From Marsupella aquatica (taxonomy: Eukaryota; Plantae; Marchantiophyta), in assembly GCA_973895155.1 (NCBI GenBank), contig OZ316895.1, positions 24,557,538-24,621,537 on the forward strand: 64,000 bases of DNA. The letters are read 5' to 3'. Position numbers and translations under genes: made by a program. The number at the start of each line of letters is the position of its first letter. The first letter of the stretch is position 1. Positions 38,360 through 48,903 of the stretch are shown here, piece by piece. Below the pieces are notes generated by a model. That model searched no databases. It saw only the letters and a list, made by a program, of their open reading frames with translations, and was not told where the DNA came from.

Positions 38360-39505
38360 CCTTATCCGTAAGGTACATTCTGAGCTTGGTCATTTTGGCG
38401 TTAAGAGGACTTACAGCCTCTTGGTCCCTCATTATCATTGGAGAGGCATGCATGGCCAGGTTCGAGATGTTATTGCCCGGTGTGAACAGTGTGATAGGGT
38501 GAGGACTTCTTTCACATCTCGACAACCCACACTTCATCCACTCCCTATTCAGGGCATGTTTTATCGCTGGTCATGTGATTTGGCTGGAGAATTACCCTCA
38601 CATCTCGGGGTAATCTCTACATCATGATGATGATAGAGCATTTCTCCAAGTGGATAGAACTTGTGGCATTGCCGGATAAGACCTCCCGTAGCACCAGCCA
38701 GGCATTCCTGCAACAAGTTCTCAGTCGCTTTGGAGCTTGTGCAGAATGTCTCACTGACCAGGGCTCAGAGTTTAGAGGAGAGTTCCAGGAGCTGCTTGAT
38801 CAGGCCCTCATTGATCATCGCCGGACATCACGAGATCACCCACAGGCAAATGGCTTGGCAGAGCGCATGGTTCAGACATGCAAGAAGGGCCTCTGGAAAA
38901 TCTGCCTCACCAAAAACAAGGAGGATTGGGACCTGGCCTTACCCTACATTGCCATGGGGTATAGGATGTCCAGACATGCAGCACTGTCTAATTTTTCTCC
39001 CTACTTCTTGTTGTTTGGTCGTCACCCAGTTCCACCTTCTGCTATTGCTGCTCACATGCTTCAGGTGGTGGACTTGGATTCAGCTGTGACTTGGTCTGAT
39101 GTGATCTCTGAGAGGGCTGCCCTATTCAGGAGGGTTATGCCCATGGCCATGGAGAATTTGGCCATTGCACAGCACAGGGACACACTACGTTATGCACACA
39201 CACGAGGGGGCACTTTTGAGCCCAAGGTCAGGAAGTTTGATGTGGGAGATTTTGTGTACTTGCAGCGGCAAGCTAACGACACCCTGGACACCTCTACCAG
39301 TCGTACTATTCTCAGGGTTAAAGCTATTCGACCGTCTGGAGTGCTAGAGTTACAAGGGGCAGATGGGCGCACAATTGCTGACAATGCCAAGAATTGCGCT
39401 CCTTGTCATCTGCCTAACCTGGATCCCACCATTGTGACTTCTACGTGGATTCCACCTGTGGACTACCCTTGCAAAGTGTGTTTGTGCATTGACGATGCTG
39501 ACTAG
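38360..39505 (+). pseudogene. Integrase (HHCC zinc finger + DDE core), frameshift near 38600
   Basis: VHSELGHFG…CEQC; WSCDLAG, LTDQGSEF, HPQANGLAERMV; FSPYFLLFGR. Confidence 0.92.
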
Positions 39506-39613
39506 ATGCTGCTATGTGATAATTGCAATGGAGGGTACCATCTTTTCTGCCTTCGGCCTGAACTTACCCAGGTGCCAGAAGGGTTATGGTTTTGCCCTTC
39601 CTGTGCTACCTGA
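39466..39613 (+). other. PHD finger at the integrase C-terminus (one in-frame stop)
   Basis: [44 protein letters not shown] = C4HC3 PHD. Confidence 0.9.
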
Positions 39614-39640
39614 CTTTTCTTTAGCCCTCCTTTTGGCTGT

Positions 39641-39652
39641 GGTCTGGGGGGG
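39641..39652 (+). promoter_or_regulatory. Polypurine tract (PPT) candidate
   Basis: ggtctGGGGGGG just after the pol stop and before LTR-derived sequence. Confidence 0.6.
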
Positions 39653-39828
39653 ATACAGAGGTTTACACCTACACTACGAACATACCACCTCAGTTGCTTT
39701 TTCTTGGCACTTGTGAATGTGATTGGACTTTTTCTATGCATGTTGGTTGCTAGTAGCTTGCACATATGCATTGTCGGTGACTTGTATGTTTTCGATACAC
39801 TATGGCTACGATACTATATGTCACGACA
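39653..39828 (+). repeat. Extra copy of the 3'-terminal 176 bp of the LTR
   Basis: Near-identical to 40188-40363 (atacagaggtttacacct…tatatgtcacgaca). Confidence 0.9.
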
Positions 39829-39830
39829 AC

Positions 39831-40363
39831 TGTCATGCCGAGGGACAGTGCCTCTTATGCACATCGGCATGTCCCTCGCATGCCCGCTAGGTATGTAGTT
39901 AGGGCTAGTGTATTACTTGAGTTAGCGACATGTTCTTATAGCAAATTCCAGGCGTTCTTGAAGTAAACACGCTTGTTAGTGTGACGCCAGGACTTTGTTT
40001 ACTTAGGGCATGTCTTTCTTTGTTGGTTTTTAGTTCTTCTTGAATCGTTGTTGACAGAGCTCAGACAGTGCTCATCGGTTCCGTACACGGGATTCACACA
40101 GTGATTCGTTAGATGCTCCCGACCAATCTTGGCATCCCGCCGGTTTTTGATTCGATTTCAGTACGCTTGTTTCTCTTACGCCTTTATATACAGAGGTTTA
40201 CACCTCCACTACGTACATACCACCTCAGTTGCTTTTTCTTGGCACTTGTGAATGTGATTGGACTTTTTCTATGCATGTTGGTTGCTAGTAGCTTGCACAT
40301 ATGCATTGCTGGTGACTTGTATGTTTTTGATACACTATAGCAACGATACTATATGTCACGACA
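39831..40363 (+). repeat. 3' LTR (533 bp)
   Basis: TGTCATG…CACGACA termini (TG…CA with a short inverted repeat). Confidence 0.75.
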
Positions 40364-41089
40364 GTCTCACACACATTGATTATGCCTGGTGATATCTTAT
40401 CTTGCAATGACCTTTGTTCCCTAATAGTCTCTGAAAGATTACTTGAGACTAATTAGGGTAATCAGTGTACAACGGGATTCTACCAGCAAGGCAACTTCAC
40501 TTTTGCCAGTTATAGCGACTGTGCTCGAATTCATTTGCCACTATAACTTAGTTAGGCCCCCATCTAGTTTTCCCGTCAAACGGAGGCTGGGTCGCTCCCA
40601 CTAGCCACCCCTGCCACACGGACCGTGGGGAGGCCACTACTGTGGAAGCTAGGGAGGACAAGTACGATGGGAAAGATCGAAACTCTGTGTCTTGAGAGTT
40701 CCCAAGCAGGAGAGATCTTTGGGAAAGGTAGGAGCAGACAGGGGGACCTAACTGGCAAGGACGTCCTTCATGGCGTCCAGCGTGCCAGAAGTAAAAGGTG
40801 CCCAAACCAACACATGGAACCGTACTTCGATCGTGCTGGACTACTGCCTAGGCCCTTATTAGTCCCGCCTTCCCTGTGAAGTGGCGAGCCTTTGGCCGCC
40901 CTCCTTTCCCTGCTGGAAACGTGTCCCTCCCCCTCCACTACCGTGGGGACTCCAATGCCTAGCCTGTCCCTTCACATCGAGAGCAGGCTATTTACTTGTG
41001 ACTGACACCACCGCTAGGCCAGGATTCCCTTAGATCTGGTCCTTTTGCGCCTTTGAATTTGGAGTAGGTTCCAGGACCTGTGTCATGAC

Positions 41090-41655
41090 GTCTGGACACC
41101 CTCCTCCACCCTCCAGTCCTCCTGCACCTGGCGCCCAAACCTTAATAAAAAGAAAATTGCCGTCGTTTCACTATGTCTGGGAAGGAACTCCGTTCGCCTT
41201 CTCAAACTCAGCCAGGAAGCTCCTTGTACTTTTCTTTGATATAAAGCACTACACCTTCACCTACACCCCGTATTATTCTAGCATAGCTCGCCCTAAGAGA
41301 TATATACAATTTGAATTTTTAATATATCCTTACAGTTTGCATTTGTTGTTGGGAGACCTTCTATATTTTGCAATTGCTAGGGGACCTCATATACCAGTTC
41401 AATACCATATCTTGCCTGTCAAAGATGTACACTATATATTAATACCTTTACCTGGTTGGTATATAGAAAACCTTTACCCGCCCGACACTGTCTGAACACC
41501 CTCCTCCATTCCTACTGCATCTAGCGCCCAAAACATTAAATAAAAATTAATTTGTTGTGTATTCACCGGAGGTTTCAGCATATTTGGGAAGGAACTCCGT
41601 TTCCCTTTTCAAACTCTCGCATGAAGGCCCCTTGTACTTTTCTTTGATATAAAGC
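41090..41655 (+). repeat. ~160-bp diverged direct repeat pair
   Basis: gtctg(g/a)acaccctcctcca…gggaaggaactccgtt…cttgtacttttctttgatataaagc at ~41090-41247 and ~41489-41655. Confidence 0.8.
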
Positions 41656-42724
41656 TCAATCCAGAACCCTTCCAAGAAAGAAGAAAACAAGGACATGCCT
41701 TAGATAGCCTAATTCCATGTCTGCCAGCCTCTCATCCGCATCACCCAGGTAATTACAAATTTATGGATGGTTTCATGGTCCCAGGGATCCCCAAAAAACT
41801 TCAACTATTTTTACCTGTTCTGATAAATTGGGGATTAATTTAGCATATTTCTTGATCTACTTATTTAATATACCGCCATTTTATACGGCATATGTTTGAT
41901 AATTACTGTACTTCAGAATATAAATGATCTTAAATAAGCCATTCTTAAAATGATTTAGAAATAACAAAAATGTAGAGAAATTTAAACAACAAGATTCCAG
42001 AAGCAAGTCCAATTCACTTTTTTCCTCCCCTTCATTGACTTGCTTAGCCTTTGGGATCATGTCTCCCAGTTAGGCCTTTTTTGCCTTTGGGCACTGTGAT
42101 ATATAGATTCCAAAGGCTCCTACCTCATAAAGGGGAGGGAACAAGGAAAAACCCTGGATAACCCAAGAGCCAGAGACAGTCCCCCACCCCAACCGTCAGT
42201 ACAACGCACAGTTCTATTCCACTTGGTGAGAATCGGATCCCACTAAAGTGTCCCGTTCTGCAGTGTTCCTTCCTTGTGTCGTTCCATTGACCGTACTCCT
42301 GCTTGGGCCCTCAGCAAAACAACTTATGTCTAGACTCGACAGGACAAATAGCTAGTAATAAGCTGGTTAGCCCTTGGATCACGAGGGTACGAGAATCCGA
42401 GGAACAGCAATGGGTTGTACAGTCTAAACGGTTCCTTCCATGAAGTACAGAGAACCGAAAGTGACTCCAGAAAGGGAAAGTAATCGTAACTTCTCTTTCA
42501 GCAAAGGCGCTGCAGAATGATCTAGAGAAGCATCGAGCTCCCTCTGGAGCTCGCTCAGCAGCTAACACGTATGCGCCTGCCATTTGATACACTTCGAGCC
42601 TCCGCTGGCATAAAAGAGACAACCCTCCACCAGATCAGTCACTCATCACTTCCCAGCTCCTCTTTCTGTCTTTCCCTCCTCTGTTGCATTTTCTACTCCA
42701 GGATTTTTCTCTTCTACAGTGGTT

Positions 42725-43106
42725 AGCAATTCCGCAATGCCAGGTTCCTGAATTTTTCTTCTTCGCATTTGGATTTTGTACCTCAGGACTGTCTGTGCGT
42801 AGCTAGCTCTACCCAGCTTAGTATTTGGCGTCTTTCTGCTGGTTCCAGTGAGCAATTCTGTAGTGCCAGGTTCCTGAAGGCCTCTTCTTCGCGTTGGGAT
42901 TTTAGTACCTCAGGACTTTCTGTGCGTAGCCTGCTCTACCCAGCTTAGTACTTGGCGTCTTTCTGGTTGTTCGAGTGAGCAATTTATGTAGTGCCAGGTT
43001 CCTGAAGTTTTCTCTTTCGCATTTGGATTCTAGTACTTCAGCTATTGTGTGCATAGCCAGCTCTACCCAGCTTAGTAGTTGGCGTCTTTCTGCTGGTTCC
43101 AGTGAG
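42725..43106 (+). repeat. ~126-bp tandem repeat x3 just upstream of HMA paralogue 3
   Basis: agcaatt…tgccaggttcctgaa…gctctacccagcttagta…ggcgtctttctg…agtg three times. Confidence 0.9.
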
Positions 43107-43257
43107 CTCGGAGTAACCCGAATTTGGTCCCTCGAATTGATCTACAGTAGCTCCCATCTGATTACTTAGGCGCTGTGACAAATTTTCTCACAGTTTTTGC
43201 GCATTCATTCGGGACAGGATCGCTTGAGCTTAAGGTTGGTTAATTCAGCTAGGCAAG

Positions 43258-43785
43258 ATGTGGTCCGTGAGGGATATGTTCTATGGGGAGGCGGAGCCCG
43301 TCTGGATTTCGAAGCCTGAGAAGGAGGATAACAAGAAGGGCGAGAGTAAGGGCGCGGGCGATTCTCAGGTCAGTAGGGGGGGCAATAAGAAGCAACCGGA
43401 GAGGATCGAAGAGTACCCCGTTCCTTATTATCCTTACCGAGATCCTTACTACTCCTACCCAGAGTACATTCCTCCTCCTTCTCAACCCAAGAGGGAAGAG
43501 TCCAACAAGGGCGGTGCTGCTCAGCAGCAGCAGCAGCAGCAGCAAAAGAAGGAGACAAGGGTCGAGTTGAAGGTTCCCATCTGTTGCGGAGAATGCTTGG
43601 AATTAATTGAGGGTGCTCTGTATCGGCTGAAGGGTGTGAAATCTGTGGTAGGCTACACCTACAAAGAAAAAGTGACAGTGATCGCAAGCACGGCTACCCC
43701 TGCAGACATTCTCAGTGTCGGAAGGTCTTCAAAAAGTCCAGGATGTGGACTGACGATGACTGAGCGTAATTATAATGTGGATTAA
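43258..43785 (+). CDS. HMA-domain protein, paralogue 3, with a C-terminal frameshift (ancestral stop at 43761-43763) and a poly-Q tract
   Basis: MWSVRDMFYGEAEPVW…VELKVPICCGECLELIEGALYRLKGVKSV; after PADIL the shifted frame reads CRKVFKKSRMWTDDD* as in the paralogues. Confidence 0.82.
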   Translation: MWSVRDMFYGEAEPVWISKPEKEDNKKGESKGAGDSQVSRGGNKKQPERIEEYPVPYYPYRDPYYSYPEYIPPPSQPKREESNKGGAAQQQQQQQQKKETRVELKVPICCGECLELIEGALYRLKGVKSVVGYTYKEKVTVIASTATPADILSVGRSSKSPGCGLTMTERNYNVD

Positions 43786-46327
43786 TCACTGGACGAGATC
43801 CAGGCGATATCGTATGTTCATCAATTGGGAGCTACAGTGCCTCGACCGAGGTTTCAGCTCACGCACTGTTCTACACCTTCTCAGAGGCGAATGTACAAAG
43901 GAATTTACTCAGTCTCTACATGTCTGCCCACTTTTCACAGTCACGCTGTCGATTAAAACCCTCGACGACTTCGTGGATAACCCCTTGGACTTGGGCGGCC
44001 CCGAGTGTTTCTCATCCTCTTCTCCGCCTAAGAGAGGGGTGAGAGAGCGGTAAAATATGATACAGGTTTGCATCTACAAACTCGACCACTCTGAGCAAAC
44101 AGTTTTGATTGATGGAGCCAAGCTCTCGAATACTGTTGCCAGCGGAAATCGGCATCAGGGACAGCTGATTGTGTGTACTGCTGCTGTCAAATTCGCTAAG
44201 CTGCTGGCACCTGAGCAGGACTATACTGCTATAGTATAAAGTTTTGAACAGTTAAAGTTCTGTAACTATAGAAACGGAAAGAGCGAGCAATTCTTATAAC
44301 AGATTTGGAGTATATTTACATCAATTCCAGGTCTGGCATTCTTCGAGAGGGCAGACGCCATGAGACTTAATAGATGCTGAGTGTTGTCCTTGGAGTTAGA
44401 GGTTCGGCATTCTGATCATAGATTTGGAGCTTGGTCCTATTTACTTCAAATTGCAGGCTTTGGCGTAGTGCGAGAGGGCAGATGCCGTGAAAAATTCATA
44501 GACTGTAAGAATTATCTTTAGAAGGTCAGCATCATTCAGGGGGTGGAACCCTGCCAGTACTTTTGGAAAACGAACTTTCCCCGGTTTGTAATAGGATGTT
44601 ACTCATAAAATTTGATTTGGGTATATCCATTGTGTTATGATATACGCTTGAGGCCCAGGGATGTTTTATGGCATGTTTTCAGAAAATTACCTCCGGACTG
44701 TAAAATTTGAGCCAACAAGCGAGATTTTGTTTTTTCATGAGATATTTCGCCATGAGATATGTGGATTGTGGATTCGGGTGAAAAATGGCGCGTTTTCGAA
44801 TTGACGTGAGTATCAGCAATATGAAGAAAATATGTGAATTAATCATGGTATGATCCTGTAAGCCACTGCAAGTCCCAAAGTTCCCTGACATAAGTTAGCA
44901 GGCTTGATTCTGGTCCTTGTTGGCAAAAAATCATTACCAAGACAGAAGAGAGCTAGAAGAACAGAGACCGAGAAGTACCCCAACACTGTTTCTTGTTTGC
45001 GCTCAGTTGTGTTGATCTACAAACAGTCATCGCATGAATGTAGACTAGACACAGGCTCGGGGTAGGCTTAGTGCTTCGGCTATGATTGTATTTTGTCAGC
45101 AGATCTGAAACTTTGTTTGGAGTCGACTAAATTGGTCTTAGAGTGCAGGGGAGACCCAGGGCAGAGCAAGTTGAACAACATTTTAGAAATATCCTCTCAA
45201 AGTTGCTTTCACTGCCAGTTATTGATTCACACCAGTAGGAACCTGTTGCACTACATCCTAAACGGATAAACATTGGGTGGGGGGAACTCTTTAAAAGGGC
45301 AGCAGGTTTTGCGGTACTTCCTCCAACAGCAGCCCGGAATCAGAAATCTTTCTACTCATTTCCACAATTATTTTGGTTCTGCATGAAAAATGCTCTCTGG
45401 TCTCCATTCAGCAGAAAATTCATTCCATTTGGTTTCAAAGAAAATATGCAAACATTTTCCTTTTAAGGCAAATTCTGAGAGTTTTCTTTGCTGTTTGCAC
45501 CCTCATAGTGTTCAAGGATGGTCCTGGACAAACTGCACTTACCAAGGAAGACGTTTTGAGCTTAGTAAACAGCCAACTACCCAAGACGCCATTCATACCT
45601 CTCGATTGAAGGACAAATGTATCAATGATCCTAGCCTTGAAAATAAATTAAGATTTTACCATGCTACGCTCGAATTATATTCAAAAATCAAAATGGTTAC
45701 TAAATGAATTCGTTATAGTTCAGGAAACCATAGTCCAGTCAGTTTTTCAGTACGGGAGCATTTCTTATGACCAAAAAATGAGGGGCATGGTATGATTAGT
45801 ATGTACAAGACCAAAAACCCATTTTGGGCGAGAATATAGGTAGGGACAGAGAAATGCATCAGCATTCCCAGGTTGCCAGCTCCATTACCAGTTACTCCTC
45901 AATGTCCTAGTTTGAATGTCCATATTTACTGCTTGCTCCCTAAGTTACTTGCATTCGATTTTTTGTCACAGTGCATATACTCATCCCACCATCCCCTTGT
46001 CATTTCCACCCACCCCAACTTTTGGTTGTCCACCCGGTTGTCCATAGTGTCTGTTAGTCACGGTACATCTAGAGGCTTCACTCTAGACCGCAGCCCTAGC
46101 TAAAGAGTAGGTTTTGATAATCATTTACTACACTGCCCACTGTTAATAGTGTGAGTATACAATTGGTGTTACTCCAAAATTAGATAGACCCACACTAAAT
46201 GTGTGGAACAGTTTTTCTAATCCAAATCCCACTAATTAAGCATGTTTAAGTCACACTATTTACTTTGTATTGAGCATCCGCTTGAGTCTCAATTTTGTGC
46301 CTTGATTTTCAGTTGCAGTATTCAAGG

Positions 46328-46627
46328 CTCGGGGACCTTGCTCTAAAGGGGGTCTCATAACATGCTCTATGATTTTAGCTATTAAACACCCTAAAAAATA
46401 TAAATAAAAATTTTTAAAAAAGTATTTTTTACCCCTATATATCTTTCTAAAATATTCTAAAAATATTCCCAAAATTCATTTCTAAAATCCTATCTTCTCT
46501 TAGAATTCTCAAAATTGTATTTTAAAAACCCTAATAGAAATTTAAAAGTGTTCTTCTCAACTCAATAAACAAACCCTATACTTATTTTTGCATGATGGGT
46601 AGAAAGGAAATAAATGAGGACCCCGGG
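46328..46627. mobile_element. 300-bp MITE, similar to the one at 9411-9707
   Basis: 8-bp TSD ATTCAAGG (46320-46327, 46628-46635); termini CTCGGGGACCT… / …AGGACCCCGGG; AT-rich interior with aatattc repeats. Confidence 0.8.
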
Positions 46628-48447
46628 ATTCAAGGCAAACCCCTCAATTAGTGAGACCAAATTTGTGACTTCTTGTGAACTACACTTGCAATAATGTGAC
46701 TGATGTGACTCTTTTATGTGATACATAAAATTTAAAGGGCTTCACAATTAGTGTGGTTAACACTAGTTGTGATGGACAGTGTAGTAAGATATGCTAGTTG
46801 ACAGACTCACAAAATTTCAATAATACTCTAGACTGCCACAATGTTTATAGTTTCCTTTAGAGCTCTCCTGTAAGCGTGATTGCTGATTCGAAATCCAAAC
46901 TACAGGGCAATGGTTGTGTATGTTTTCCAAAGCCTCGACTGCTGTGTTTTGAACGGTCAGCCAGGATCTTAATGTAGCATCAATAACGAGCAATTGTTAT
47001 AGGAATGTTTGAATCAACTACAATGTCCACCATAATTAGTGTCAGTGACCAATAAGTGATTAAAATGACTCACACTAATTTGTGTATAATTCTTTGGAAT
47101 TTGGGAATCACAATAATAATTAAGTATGTTAAGTCACACTAATTATGGACAAATGAAAGGAAGAAGTACAGTAACCGTCAAGGACTTGAGAGATAAGACA
47201 TTATATTCTAGGTCGTTAGGTATGATCTTTCTCTTTGGAAACGATTCAATAAATAGTACAGTCAACAGTTCCTCCGTTAAGCTTAGTAAAGTAAATGGGG
47301 TAGTCTAAGTGCTAGATAATCATTTTCTTAATTTCAAGACGCACATCAGCATTACAACCTCTTCGAGCAACCCCACCATAGCGAATATCTATTGTAGTCC
47401 TTAGGATTTGGGCAACAAAGAGTCGACGATGTAATTGGCAGGACTGACCCTCCAGTTATGCAGTTGGGATCTGGCCAACCTAAGAACCAAGGAAAGAGCG
47501 CACACGCAGAGGGGCCATATCGAACCAGACAAGACGACTGGAGATTGCAAACTAAGAGTGTCGACAATGACAAATATCAACGAAGTGAGGAACCTCGACT
47601 ACACTCGAGGTTTTAGATGTGTTACGTACGTACTGTCTAGTTGACGCCACACCTGAAGCCGAAACCCCAGATTTAATTACATCGGTGGCGACTATCGTTT
47701 TCAAGCGATAGACTGAGGAGTCCCGCACATAGTCCCCCCCTAAGTGGAGATAAACATTCTTTTAACAACTGTGGCAGTATGGAAATGACCATCTGCTTCA
47801 CCCAGACCAGATAGAAACCATGCATTCACTGCTTTCAATCTCAAGGCTGATCCTTGCCAACCTTTACTAGCTAAAGTATAGAGCACAGCGGCTCGATCAG
47901 ACTGTCTTGCTTCGTCGATCCAGACATTACACTAAAACGATGAGAAAGTCGTAAAGTAGCTCTTCCTTTCTCTACACAAGTAATGTTACAGATCAAGCTG
48001 TTACGCTCGAGCCGATCGAATCCTTACAAGGAACTCTGTCGCTCTCAAGTAGAAGGAGTAAACACGCTAAAAACCAGACGTTGGGCCAAGTATCCGTCTT
48101 CTTTCCACTGCGTAAACGAACCTTTGCCGGGTGGGTGTTCTAACAGGAAGAAAGGAATTTGCTTCATTCTAGTACGTATTAAGGCGATACTCAGAAATGA
48201 AACGAGATGCTGAAATTGTTAAGAAAATCCTGATCCTGCTCGCAGTTGTTGTATCAGAGAGCAATGATGTAGAGTCCTTTGGAATCATCTTTATATTGGC
48301 CGGGTAGACCAAAGAAGGGTTGGAAATGGTCGAGGGAGAACTGACCCCGAGTTCCAATCCAGTCTGCCAGGTTACATTCGATGAATTGGATAGTGTTGTA
48401 AGCAAATCATGATACACCTGCAAAATTGATCGGTACTGAACAACTGA

Positions 48448-48903
48448 TCAGTCATCGTCGCTCCACATCCTCGACTTCTTGAAATGCTTCATGCACTCCA
48501 AGAGGATGTCTGCGGGAGCAGCAGTGGTTGCTACCACAGTCACTCTTTCTCTGAACCAGTTGCATTCCACAGACTTCACACCCTTCAATTCTCCAATAGC
48601 AACTTTTACTGTCTCCTCGCAATTACCGCAGCACATATTGACCTTCAACGCTACCGTTGTTTCTTTCTTCTTGTCTGTGCCCTTGGGGTCGTTCTTCCGC
48701 TTGTCGTGATCATCCTTCTTCGCGGGAGTAGGATCGTTGTAGAGGTAATTGTAGGAGCGAAGGTATTGAATGGGATTCGACCCCACTTTCTTTCCACTGG
48801 ACGCATCTTGGCCACTTGGATTCTTTTTGTCACCCTTCTTCGCGGCCCTCGGAATCCACACAGGTTCTAGGTGTCCAAAGGACGACTCCTTTGTAAATGA
48901 CAT
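48448..48903 (-). CDS. HMA-domain protein, paralogue 4, 151 aa
   Basis: SFGHLEPVWIPR…VALKVNMCCGNCEETVKVAIGELKGVKSVECN…MWSDDD; ATG at 48903. Confidence 0.85.
   Translation of the reverse strand: MSFTKESSFGHLEPVWIPRAAKKGDKKNPSGQDASSGKKVGSNPIQYLRSYNYLYNDPTPAKKDDHDKRKNDPKGTDKKKETTVALKVNMCCGNCEETVKVAIGELKGVKSVECNWFRERVTVVATTAAPADILLECMKHFKKSRMWSDDD

Larger units (their letters stand above)
34900..40363 (+). mobile_element. 5'-truncated Ty3/Gypsy-type LTR retrotransposon encoding PR-DNMT-RT-(RNase H deleted)-IN-PHD
   Basis: Gypsy domain order; PPT and 3' LTR present; no matching 5' LTR or clear gag seen upstream; the 5' boundary is approximate. Confidence 0.9.
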
